From positions 1-64,000 of the forward strand of contig CDRNVI010000151.1 of NCBI GenBank assembly GCA_977017575.1: 64,000 nt of DNA, in the 5' to 3' direction. The position numbers and the translations under genes were made by a program. The notes beneath the pieces are model-generated. The model was not told where the DNA came from and searched no databases. It saw nothing but the letters and a program-made list of their open reading frames with translations. This stretch comes from Paramoeba atlantica. Taxonomy: Eukaryota; Protista; Discosea. This document shows, in pieces, positions 11,350 to 23,603 of the stretch (its first letter is position 1; the number at the start of each line of letters is the position of its first letter).

Positions 11350-12800
11350 GGAAAGAAACTAACACAAAAAATGTGTTCAATATTTCTCTTGTGTGGAGAA
11401 TTCAAAAAAAAAAAAAAAAATAAAAAAAAATAAAAAAAAAAACAAAAAAAAAAACAAAAAATTCTCAAAAAAAAACAAAAAAAAGTGTCTGCAAAAAAGG
11501 AATTTTTGTGCCTGAAAAATGGGAGGGGGTAGGAACTCTGCTTTTTTTTATTTTTTTTTTTTGTGAGAATTTTTTTTGTTTTTTTTTGAGAATTTTTTGA
11601 GAATTTTTTTGAGAATTTTTGAGAATTTTTTTATTTTTTTTTTGTTAGAATATTTGTGGGTTTAGAGAAGAAAAAAAACAAAAGAGAACTCTACTGCTAT
11701 GTTGGCAGAATTCTTAAAACAAAAAAAAAAGATTTAAAAAGCAGCTTACTGGCACACTGAAAATTGAAGTCTAAACCCTAACCTTAAAGAGACATCCCCT
11801 CCTCTTCTAAGAAAAAATAAAAGTGTTTGCTGATTCACCAAGCATAAAGAGGCAACAACACAACCAACAACAACCATAAATAACAACCCTAAACTCTAGT
11901 GTTTCAATTTCCAGATTTTTCATCTTTTTGCCATTTTTACATAGACGGAGGGGCACCACACCCACCACTGCTGAAGGGAGGAGGCTAACTCTCCATAAGT
12001 CCGAAGACTTGTGCAATAATTGGTGTTGATAAAAGGAGGGGTTAATGGTTTTTTTCTTTGTTGTTAAGGTGATATTAGTTTGTTTTTCATTTGCGATCAT
12101 TGTTGTATGTTTGTGTTTTTCATTTTTTTTCAAAAAAACCAAAAAATAAAACAAATCAAAAATTAATTTTTTTATTAATATTTTTTTGATTTTTCAAAAA
12201 AACAAAACAAACCTTTAACCTTTCTTTTTTATTATTTTGAACTCCAAAAAACAAAAGAGAAAGTAAAAGAAAAAACTATAAATCAGAAAAGAGGAGAGTA
12301 GATTTTGGCCGCACACAGACAGGACGTGTCGAAGATGAAACAAAAGAAAGGAAAGCAAATTGAACACAGAGAGAGGGAGGAAGGGAAGGAAAAAAGGAGG
12401 AGTAATGTATAGAGAGAGGGAGAGAAGTTTGTAAACCTAATTGGTGTGGTCCACAATATCACCCCTAAACCCCCAACAATACTTTGGTAAGAGAGAAAAA
12501 GGCAAAAGAGGAAAATCAGCAAAAAGAAAAAAAAAAAAGAAAAGAAAAGAAAAAAAAAAAAAAAAAAGAAAAAAGAAAAAAAAAAAAGAAAAAAAAAAAG
12601 AGGGAAAAGAGAAAAAAAAAAAAGATTGGAGGAGCAAGAGACAAAAAAGAATAAAAGAAAGAAAAAAAAAGAAAAAGAAGAGAAAAAAGAAAATGAAAAA
12701 AAAGAAAAAAAGAAAAAAAAGAAAGAAAACCAAAGCACAAAGAAATCTCAGTCCATTAAAAAATAAGAATGCTCTTATTTTTTGGTGGTTTCAAAGCAAG

Positions 12801-14660
12801 AGTAAATCACAAGGGAATAAGACGATATAATTTTTCAATGGATAAAGAACATTTTCTGAAAGAAAAAATATTAAAACAAAAAGTTATTTAAATATTATTT
12901 TAAAAAATATCAGAAAAAAGAAACTAAATCCCTAACCCATCACAACATCATTGTGCTTTATCTGAGAGAAAAATAGGATTCTTTGAATACAGTAAATCAC
13001 AAGGAATAAGATGATGTAATTTTCAATGATAAAAAACACTCTCTGAAGAAAAAAACAATAAAAAAAAAGTAATTAGTTACTATTTAAAAAAATACCAGAA
13101 AAAAGAAACTGAACCTCTCACATCACATCAAGTGCTTTATCTGAGAAAAATAGACTTCTTTGGAGAGAGTAAATCACAAAGAATAAGACAATGTAATTTT
13201 CAATGATAAAGAATATTCTCTGAAGGAAAAAACAATAAAAAAAAGTAATTAGTTATTGTTTAAAAAAATGTCAGAAAAAAAGAAATTGAACCCCTCACAT
13301 CACATCAGGTGCTTATCTGAGAGAAAAATAAACTTCTTTGGATACAGTAAATCACAAGGAATAAGACAATGTTATTTTCAATGATAAAGAACACTCTCTG
13401 AAAGAAAAAAACATTAAAACTTTAATTATTTAAATATTGTTTAAAAAAATATCAGAAAAAAGAAATTGAACCCCTCACATCACATCACATTGTGTTTTAT
13501 CTGAGAGAAAAATAGGATTCTTTGGATACAGTAAATCACAAGGAATAAGACGATGTAATTTTCAATGATAAAAAACACTCTCTGAAGAAAAAAACAATAA
13601 AAAAAAATAATTAGTTACTATTTAAAAAAATACCGAAAAAAAGAAACTGAACCCCTCACATCACATCACATTGTACTTTATCTGAGAAAAATAGGCTTCT
13701 TTGGAGAGAGTAAATCACAGGGAATAAGACGATAGTATTTTCAATGATAAAGAACAGTTTCTGAAGGAAAAAACAATAAAAAAAAGTAATTAGTTATTGT
13801 TTAAAAAAATATTGAAAAAAAGAAACTGAACCCCTCACATCACATCAAGTGCTTTATCTGAGAAAAATAGGCTTCTTTGGATACAGTAAATCATAGGGAA
13901 TAAGACGATATCATTTTCAATGATAAAGAACAGTTTCTGAAGGAAAAAATAATAAAAAAAAGTAATTAGTTACTATTTAAAAAAATACTAAAAAAAAGAA
14001 ACTGAACCCCTCACATCACATCAGGTGCTTATCTGAGAAAAATAGGCTTCTTTGGAGAGAGTAAATCACAGGAAATAAGATGATAGTATTTTCAATGATA
14101 AAGAACAGTTTCTAAAGAAAAAAACAATAAAAAAAAGTAATTAGTTATTGTTTAAAAAAATATCGAAAAAAAAAAACTGAACCTCACATCACATCAAGTG
14201 TTTTATTTGAGAAAAATAGGCTTCTTTGGATACAGTAAATCACAAGGAATAAGACGATATTATTTTCAATAATAAAGAATAGTTTCTGAAGGAAAAAACA
14301 ATAAAAAAAAGTAATTAGTTATTGTTTAAAAAAATACCGAAAAAAAAAAACTAAACCCTTCATATCACATCAGGTGCTTTATCTGAGAAAAATAGGCTTC
14401 TTTGGATACAATAAATCACAAGGAATAAGACGATATTATTTTCAATGATAAAGAACAGTTTCTGAAGGAAAAAACATTAAAACTTTAATTATTTAAATAT
14501 TGTTTAAAAAAATATTGGAAAAAAGAAACTGAACCTCTAACCCATCACATCACATTGTGCTTTATCTGAGAGAAAAATAGAATTCTTTGGATACAATAAA
14601 TCACAGAGAATAAGACGATGTTATTTTCAATGATAAAGAACAGTTTCTAAAAAAAAAAAC
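12801..14660. repeat. Tandem array of ~178-bp units (~10.5 copies)
   Basis: Recurrent anchor (GT)AAATCACA(A/G)GG(A)AATAAG about every 175-190 bp; each unit also has TTTTCAATGATAAAGAAC, CACATCACATC and TTATCTGAGAAAAATAGG. Confidence 0.95.
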
Positions 14661-14661
14661 A

Positions 14662-16257
14662 ATTAAAATAAAAAAAAATAAAACAAAAAAAATTCCGAAT
14701 ATCAACAAAAAGATTAAAACTCAAAAAGAAACAACAAAAAACAAACTTTCATATTTTTAAACTTTCAAAACCCTGAAATAAAAAAGAAATAAAAAAAAAC
14801 AAAAAGAAAAAAAAAAGAAGAAAATGAGAGAAAAAGAAAAAAAGAAATCAAAAAAGAAATCAAAAAACCATTGAAAAAAAAGAAATCCTGTTCCCACTCA
14901 ACACAAAAGAAAATGAATCCCTTTTAATTTTTTTTATTGTTCATTCTGAGAATAAAAAAAATTAGTTTTTCATTTTTCTAAATCTTTTCAAAAAAGAAAA
15001 AGAAAAAGAGAAAAAGAAAAAAGAGAAAAAGAAAAAAGAAAAAAAGAAAAAAGAGAAAAAGAAAAAAGGAAAAAGAAAAAAAAAAACAATTTTGTGTGAA
15101 AAAAAGTAAAAAAGAAAAAGAGATAAAGGAAAAAGAAGAAAAAAGAAACAAAAAAGAAAAAGAGAAAAAGAAAAAAAGAAACAAGAAAAAGAAGAGGAAA
15201 AAAGAAAAGAAAGAAAACCTCAAAGAATTGGATCACCAGATAAATTTTGTAAATTCTCTTATCTTTCTCACTTTGAGAAAAATAGATTGGTTTTTCGTTT
15301 CTCTTTCTTAATATAAAAGTGATACATTGAAAAAACCAAAAATCTCTTGATTTCTAAAAGTCTATTTTTCTCATCTTTCAAAAAACAAAAACCAAACACA
15401 AAAATCAAACAAAAACAAAAAACAAAAAAGAAAAACTTTTTTGCCGAAAAACCGATTTTTATTTTGGGTGCGATTTTTTTTCTTGAAATTTGATAAAGTG
15501 AAAAAGAATTCAAATGTTCTTGTTTTTTCTTAGTTGTTCAAGCTTCCATCAAGATAGGACCAATACAAATTCAATTCTTTTTCTTTTTTTCTTCTTTAAT
15601 CTTATTTTTGGTTTGTATTTGGATCTTTTCAATCAATTTTGGTCATACAATCCTTTTTCTTTGTTTTTTTTTGTTTTTTTCTCTTTTTTGTTGAATCTTT
15701 CTCTTTCTCTTTCTTTTTCTTTTTTTCTTTCTTTCTCACAAACAAAAAAGAAAAAAAAAACTGTTCAAAACAAAAAACCAAAAAAAAAACCAAAAAAAGA
15801 AAAAGAAAATGGCTGATGTGGCAACATTTGATTGGGAATTGGATTTTTTTTTCTTTTTCAGAAAAGAAAGTGGCAGGTGAGAAAAAAAAAGAAAAACAGA
15901 AAGAGAAAAGAAAGAAATTGAAAGAAAAGAAGAGTTGAAAGGTTTGAAAAGATACATGATAGATTGTTTGATTTACCAATGAACTTTTTTATTCCATATT
16001 TCAAGTAAATGTTTTAGTTTGTTATTCTTTTTTTTTTTCTTTATTCACAAACTATTAAAAACAACACCACTGGATCAATCATTTCACTTTTCCACACACA
16101 ATCAAAAGAAAGAATTGAGAAAATCAAAGAAAAACAAAAGGTTTCTTTTTTAGCACATCTTATGCTTCGACGTTTTTCATCTCTTTCGAATAGAATCATC
16201 ACCTTAATCGATTCGATTCGTAAATCTTTCGAAAAAATTCGTTAGTTTTTTGCAATG
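14662..16257. repeat. ~1.6-kb segmental duplication, copy 1
   Basis: Co-linear with 17218-18803 from AATTAAAATAAAA...TTCCGAATATCAAC to TTTTTTGCAATG. Confidence 0.92.
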
Positions 16258-16261
16258 AAAA

Positions 16262-17217
16262 GGGAATAAGATGATGTAATTTTCAATGATAAAGAACATT
16301 CTCTGAAGGAAAAAACAATAAAAAAAAGTAATTAGTTATTGTTTAAAAAAATGTCGGAAAAAAAGAAATTGAACCCCTCACATCACATCAGGTGCTTATC
16401 TGAGAAAAATAGGATTCTTTGGAGAGAGTAAATCACAGGGAATAAGACGATGTGATTTTCAATGATAAAGAACAGTTTCTGAAGGAAAAAACAATAAAAA
16501 AAAGTAATTAGTTATTATTTAAAAAAATATTGAAAAAAAGAAACTGAACCCCTCACATCACATCAAGTGCTTTATCTGAGAAAAATAGACTTCTTTGGAT
16601 ACAATAAATCACAAGAAATAAGATGATATCATTTTCAATAATAAAGAATAGTTTCTGAAGGAAAAAACAATAAAAAAAAGTAATTAATTATTGTTTAAAA
16701 AAATACCCGAAAAAAGAAACTGAACCCCTCATATCACATCATTGTGCTTTATTTGAGAAAAATAGGCTTCTTTGGATACAGTAAATCACAAGAAATAAGA
16801 CGATATTATTTTCAATGATAAAGAACAGTTTCTGAAGGAAAAAACAATAAAACTTTAATTATTTAAATATTGTTTAGAAAAATATCAGAAAAAAAAAACT
16901 GAACCCCTCACATCACATCATTGTGTTTTATCTGAGAGAAAAATAGATTTCTTTGGATACAGTAAATCACAAGGAATAAGATGATATAATTTTCAATGAT
17001 AAAGAACAGTTTCTGAAGGAAAAAACATTAAAACTTTAATTATTTAAATATTGTTTAAAAAAATGTTGAAAAAAAGAAACTGAACCTCTAACCCATCACA
17101 TCACATCATTGTGCTTTATCTGAGAGAAAAATAGGATTCTTTGGATACAGTAAATCACAGGGAATAAGATGATGTCATTTTCAATGATAAAAAACACTCT
17201 CTGAAGAAAAAAAACAA
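16262..17217. repeat. Second ~178-bp tandem array (~5.5 copies)
   Basis: Same unit as 12801-14660. Confidence 0.95.
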
Positions 17218-18803
17218 TTAAAATAAAAAAAAATAAAACAAAAAAAATTCCGAATATCAACAAAAAGATTAAAACTCAAAAAGAAACAACAAAAAACAAA
17301 CTTTCATATTTTTAAGCTTTCAAAACCCTGAAATAAAAAAGAAATAAAAAAAAACAAAAAGAAAAAAAAAAGAAGAAAATGAGAGAAAAAGAAAAAAAGA
17401 AATCAAAAAAGAAATCAAAAAACCATTGAAAAAAAAGAAATCCTGTTCCCACTCAACACAAAAGAAAATGAATCCCTTTTGATTTTTTTTATTGTTCATT
17501 CTGAGAATAAAAAGAATTAGTTTTTTATTTTTCTAAATCTTTTCAAAAAAGAAAAAGAAAAAGAGAAAAAAAAAAAAGAGAAAAAGAAAAAAGAGAAAAA
17601 GAAAAAAACCAAAAGAAAAAAAAAAACAATTTTGTGTGAAAAAAAATAAAAAAGAAAAAGAGATGAAGGAAAAAGAAGAAAAAAGAAACGAAAAAGAAAA
17701 AGAGAAAAAGAAAAAAAGAAACAAGAAAAAGAAGAGGAAAAAAGAAAACCTCAAAGAATTGAATCACCAGATAAACCTTGTGAATTCTCTTATCTTTCTC
17801 ACTTTAAGAAAAATAGATTGGTTTTTCATTTCTCTTTCTTAATATAAAAGTGATACATTGAAAAAACCAAAAATTTCTTGATTTCTAAAAGTCTATTTTT
17901 CTCATCTTTCAAAAAACAAAAACCAAACACAAAAATCAAACAAAAACAAAAAACAAAAAAGAAAAATTTTTTGCTGAAAAACTGATTTTTATTTTGGGTG
18001 TGATTTTTTTTCTTGAAATTTGGCAAGGAGGTGAAAAAGAATTCAAATGTTCTTGTTTTTTCTTAGTTGTTCAAGCTTCCATCAAGATAGGACCAATACA
18101 AATTCAATTCTTTTTCTTTTTTTCTTCTTTAATCTTATTTTTGGTTTGCATTTGGATTTTTTCAATCAATTTTGGTCATACAATCCTTTTTCTTTGTTTT
18201 TTTTTGTTTTTTTCTCTTTTTTGTTGAATCTTTCTCTTTCTCTTTCTTTTTCTTTTTTTCTTTCTTTCTCACAAACAAAAAAGAAAAAAAAAAACTGTTT
18301 GAAACAAAAAACCAAAAAAAAACCAAAAAAAAACCAAAAAAAAACCAAAAAAAATGGATAATGTGGCAACATTTGATTGGAAATTGGATTTTTTTTTTCT
18401 TTTTCAGAAAAGAAAGTGGCGGGTGAGAAAAAAACAGAAAAACAGAAAGAGAAAAGAAAGAAATTGAAAGAAAAGAAGAGTTGAAAGGTTTGGAAAGATA
18501 CATAATAGATTGTTTGATTTACCAATGAACTTTTTTATTCCATATTTTAAGTGAATGTTTTAGTTTGTTATTCTTTTTTTTTTTCTTTATTCACAAACTA
18601 TTAAAAACAACACCATCAAATCAATCATTTCACTTTTCTATACACAATCAAAAGAAAGAATTGAGAAAATCAAAGAAAAATGAAAGGTTTCTTTTTTAGC
18701 ACACCTTATGCTTTGATGTTTTTCATCTCTTTCAAATAGAATCATTACCTTAATCGATTCGATTCGTAAATCTTTCGAAAAAATTTGTTAGTTTTTTGCA
18801 ATG
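17218..18803. repeat. ~1.6-kb segmental duplication, copy 2
   Basis: Co-linear with 14662-16257. Confidence 0.92.
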
Positions 18804-18805
18804 TA

Positions 18806-19020
18806 TAGGGTGCCACTTTAAAGTTCTATCATTATATGTGAATTTCATACATAATACCTCTTCGTAAACTGCCTATAACTTTTTGTGACATATTCGGATT
18901 TTTAAAAAAAATATGCCATTAGGAAGACAAAAATGAGGCGCATCTTTCTACTAGTCTTGATTTTCCAAATTGTGAAAAAAAGTAGTTCAAAATGAAGTAA
19001 TTAGGCCCTAAACCCTAATA
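18806..19020. repeat. ~214-bp subtelomeric direct repeat, copy B
   Basis: Near-identical to 1067-1281; abuts a truncated gypsy RT. Confidence 0.95.
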
Positions 19021-20460
19021 GAGAAAATTTTCAAACCTCTGATCCAAAAAATCAAATCAACAATCATAGGGAGCTGGTAGTTTGGAGCTTCTGATTTTAC
19101 ATTCACCCCTCTTAGGTCCATACAAAGCTGAATATCATCTTCCTTCTTGCCACCTGAAACCTTGGGAGCTGCTACTAGAGGGATGTTTCAGAGATTTTGC
19201 ACTGAGGATATATCCTCTAGAGGAACTATCCACCCTTTTTCCAACCATTCAGTAACTCTCTGTTGAACTTTGCCACTTAATCTTTCTGAAATCAGGTACT
19301 GTTGCATAAAAACCAGCTTTGGATCAAGCAATGAAATTGAAAAATGCAAATTCCTAATATTATAACAAGTCCCATTAGACAATCTTTGATTCTCTTCAAG
19401 AACTTTTTTAATCCTTTCTATTATTTTCTCAACTTCTTTCTCAGGCAGGTGTGTCTCTTCAGATGGCCCACTCCATCCCTCTTTGTCCACTAAGTTAGTT
19501 TTATAGGACAACTTCTTCTTTTCTGGGAACACTGGTGGAATTCTTTCAATTTCAACACCAAGTTTTGCTTCATCAGCCACACTCAAAAGTACTCAATCTT
19601 TTCTTAAACCAAGTAAAGTCCAAATTAAAATCTCAGTTTAGCCTTGGATTGTTGAAACTTTAACTTTCTTTGCTGTGTCTGTTTCTTGAACATGTCCAGA
19701 AATTCCTTAAACTCAAAAATTTCTCTTCACTAAATTTCCTTCTAAATAGTCAAAAACAGAAGGGTTAGCAAGTGTTGCACTTGCTCCTGAATCAAAGATC
19801 ACCTACACTTCCATGTTATTCCTTCCAAGAGAGATTGAAATCTTAGAGAGCCCATCCATATCTTCTTCTGTCCTTAAACCAAAAAATCTTTCTTTAGTTA
19901 AAGTTAAATAAGCTTCCTCATCCTTAAAATCAGATGTTAAAACATCATTTCCAGGGACCTCTAGGTTTGATTCCTCTTCTAGCTTTCTTTTTTGGACATC
20001 CATTTGCATAGTGACCCTTTTCCTGATAAGAGAAACATCTTATCTTGGCCAAATCATGTCCTCTCCTCTCTTGAGGCTCATTTCTGTGCAATTGCTGTTA
20101 TAGACCTTTACCTTCTGTTCCACCCCCTCAAGCCCAACACTCTTTCTTAAAATGGCCAGATTTCCCACAATTCTAGTAGTTTGTTGGTCTCCTTGGCTCT
20201 ACAGGACCAGGGGCATGAAAATGGTTAAGTAGGGCTGAACCCTCCCTTGCAGCTCCAATATCAATCAAATTGGTTATAGAGATTCATATCTTAAAAAGAT
20301 AGTCACTTCTACACAATAATTCCCAGAAGGGTTGATAACCTGGGAAAACTGCTTTTTCCAAAAGCTCCTTCACCTCTCAAGAACAAGGATCTATCCCTGA
20401 AGCTGCTACCAGCAGATTAAACTAATACTCAAATATGTTGAGTTTCTCACTTGGCTTTTG
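19021..20460 (-). mobile_element. Decayed Ty3/gypsy-like LTR retrotransposon fragment (gag Zn knuckles, protease, start of RT)
   Basis: Knuckles NCGKSGHFKKEC and CFSYQEKGHYANGC; protease VIFDSGAS; RT start EWLEKGWIVP...L*NIPLVAAPK...IQLCMDLRGVN. Multiple TAA, TAG and TGA stops; cut off at 19021. Confidence 0.85.
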
Positions 20461-22749
20461 CTGGAGACTTTTCAAAGCTTTCAAAATCCACCACATCTGA
20501 TTTTTGAGAAAACGCGAATTTTAAAAATAAAGTTCAGGCCCATTTTTTTTGGTAGCAATCCAGTGTTTAAAGGTGTTGTAAGCAACTTTTTGATGGTTGT
20601 TAAGGTGGTAATTTTGTGTTTTTTTTTCAGATATCAGATGCACAAACCCAGCACCCATAATTCAAAATCTATTTTCATTTTTCAAAGACTGTGTTTCCAA
20701 ATGTAACCCAACTTGGTTAGCTCAAAACTTGGTGTATTTTCCCATCCTAAATAAAAGAGAAGAGAAAGCCCAATATCTTTTTTGTCACGATGAAGAACTG
20801 TCCCACAAGCAATTGAGAGCCAAAATTCTTCAATCAAGCAAAAATCTTTGTTGAAAGAGTCTTCGAGAAGAAGTTCAGGTCCAAACAGAGTGAGCAGTTT
20901 GTTTAGACATTTGAGAGAAAAACAAAAAACAAGAAGAAAAAAAAAAAAAAAAAAACAAAGAACTTGAACTAAATCATTTTGGCTGTATTTTTCGAATAAA
21001 AAAAAAGAAAAAAAGTAATCTGAAAAGAATCCAAGACGAAAATTGCTAATTTTTTTGCTTTTTTTTCTTTCAAATTTTTGATTCTTTTTTCAAAATGCTT
21101 GCCAGATTCAATCTTAAAAGAAAAAAATGAATTCAATCACAAAAAAAGAAAAGAAGGAGATTAAAAATGGAATTCTTGCTCTGTCAACCAATTCCCTATG
21201 ATTCTTTGTTTTCTTCTTCATGGACATTATCACCAAAAAACCCTTTTCCTCTCTCGATGTTATTGTTTCCTCCTGTTTGTTTTTCAGAGCCATCTAAGAA
21301 TAGTTATTCTACTCTCTCTCTCCTCCTTCACCTTTATTATTTGATCGTTTTTGTTTTTTGACTGTATGAGAACTTGTAAAAACAAATAAGAGTTTGGTGT
21401 CTTGGAAAGTGCTTGAAGAGAAGGTTGTGTTTCGGTTTGATCATCTTGTTTTTCTTTTTCTTTCTTTTTTTTCTTTCATTTTTCTCCCCTTTTTTTCTTT
21501 CTTTTTTTTTCTTCCTTTTTATTCTTCCTTTTTATTCTCTCTTTTTTTCTCCTTTTTTCTCCTTCCTCTTTTTTCTTTTCTTTTTTTTTTTATTATTCTT
21601 ATCATTTTTAAAAATATCTTTTTTGAATCCACACAATACAGATTTCTAAAATTGTTGGAAGAATGAGTTGAAAGAAAGCAAGTGGTTCACATGGACTCTC
21701 AAAACCAATGGATTATTCAAAACTGAAACAACCACATTATTTTAACAAGGAAACCAGGAAAAAGCACTATTGTTGTTGAGAACTTATTTTAAAACCAAAC
21801 CAGCAACAGTTTCTCCCCAAAATCCATCGCTGGCTTTGGAGCAGGAAGTTTTGGAAATGGAATTTCAAACTCTGGTGATTTCAAGTGTATTGGCTCCCCA
21901 GACAAAGGATCTAAGACTCACTGAAATATCATCACATCATTTGGATTTTTTAGTAACCCATATCATTCATCATCATATTCACAAACTGTGCTTGTTTCAA
22001 ATCATCAGATTTCTCAAGGTTTTGAAAGTCTATTTATTAAATTTTAAGAAATTATAATCCTTCAAAACACACACAAAAAAAAAATGAATTAACCTTTTCG
22101 AATCGCTTTCTTCACAACTCGCTTCCCAATGGGCAGACAATGAACGAGTTCTTGAATCAGTCTTTTTGAAATGCTGGACTTGAACTTTTCAAAAGTTCAA
22201 GTTCAGTGTTTCAAAAGGTTTATCCTCTTTAATCCGTGTTCCTTCATACCTTCGAAGAGATAAACCACTTTAAAGTTTGTAATTTCTTCTGTTTTCCTCT
22301 TGATTTGAGATGTAAAAGCTCTCCTTTCCCATTGTTTTTCATGAATAACAGAAGTGTTGATGATTGGAAGTTGTTTTATTTTTGTTCGGAAGAAAAATTG
22401 AAAAATTGTCATTTAAAAAGAAAGTTAAACCAGGTTGTTTTGTCCTTTTGACTTTTTTAATCTTTTTGATCTCTTTCCAAAAATCTTTTTGGTGTTTCTG
22501 TGAGATTCGGGTGTGCCCATTTTCAAAAAATTGCCCGATCTATTTATTCTTAGACTTTAGAATATGGAGAAAAAAGTAGAACCAAAATAGAAAAGAACAT
22601 CTTCTCTTTCAAGGGGAGATATTGGCAGTTTGACCAACACTTTTTTAACACTTTTCAATATCTCTCCCATAAAAGTTGTTTTTTTGGTTCTTTAAAAATA
22701 CATTATTTCAAAGAACATCAAAAAACAAATCAAAATCAAAAAACAAACC

Positions 22750-23603
22750 TTGAAAAGACTTCAAACAAAGACCAAAAAAGTGGATGGCAGAAGCGAAGAG
22801 AAGCACAAAAGAAAAACACGAGAAAACACAAGAACACAAACACTGTCCAAAATAGGGACTCAAAAAAAGTGCGCGATTTTTGAAAAATCGAATGCAGTGA
22901 TCACCAACTTCCACCTTGGACCTAGCAACTTTACTAGAACCAACATGAGCAATTCATAGAATGGACAGTTTTCTCTCATCTTTAGAAACCTACTGATCAA
23001 ACTGGGTGTGGCTTTGAACAGATATCTCTTTTGATCAGGCTCTGGAACACATTGGTTCTCCATACAGGAATAGAAGTAAAAAACAAAATCAAGCAACTGG
23101 AAAATCATGACTTTTTCTTGTAGTTTTGGCAAATTTTGGATTTAGAGCAGTCTTTTCTTATCTTTTGGCTTTTATTGTTTCTCTACCCCAATTACATCAT
23201 AAGCTATCAAAGTACTTCTCAAGCTCGTCAACCTCTGGTTGACTAGTTCAACCCTCACCCTTTCCACAGTTAATAAACTATCTTTCAACAAAAGAGCTGT
23301 ATTTTCTTTTTGTAAAACTTGACATTTCTCTTGAAGAGCCTCAACCTCCTCAAAATCTTCCTCTTTCTCTACAGATTTGGAAGACTTTTGTACCATCAAA
23401 CTCATACTCAGTGAACTTGATAAACTTGATTGCTCTGGTTCTGAACCAATCAAAACCAATCCTTGATTTAAATACATTGAACTTGATCCTTGATTCAAAC
23501 ACATTGAATGTCTTTTCATGAATCCAAGCTCCATACAAAACAAAACTTCTTCATTAAAAATTGATGATATATCATCAAGCAAATTGAATAATTTAAATGA
23601 CAT
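22750..23603 (-). pseudogene. Decayed coiled-coil ORF, possibly a TE structural protein
   Basis: ORFs 23172-23603 and 22860-23132 are in one frame separated by two TAA; heptad-like segment EALQEKCQVLQKENTALL; CpG-poor. No family recognised. Confidence 0.3.

Noticed and set aside
11807-12154. 115-aa ORF inside the telomeric block
   Set aside because: No recognisable motif and no clear link to adjacent frames.
12801-17217. CRISPR array, or a repeated exon-intron coding unit
   Set aside because: Units are similar along their whole length with no unique spacers. Minus-strand splice-like signals exist, but 5-nt CACAT copy changes and stops break every frame.
12283-18525. Poly-Phe/poly-Lys ORFs here and in similar tracts through the window
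   Set aside because: They are translations of A/T-rich introns and low-complexity DNA, with no domain content.
19188-19190. TGA at the conserved Trp of the gypsy RT WNxP motif as proof of UGA=Trp
   Set aside because: The same element has TAA and TAG stops and G->A lesions, so TGG->TGA decay explains it.
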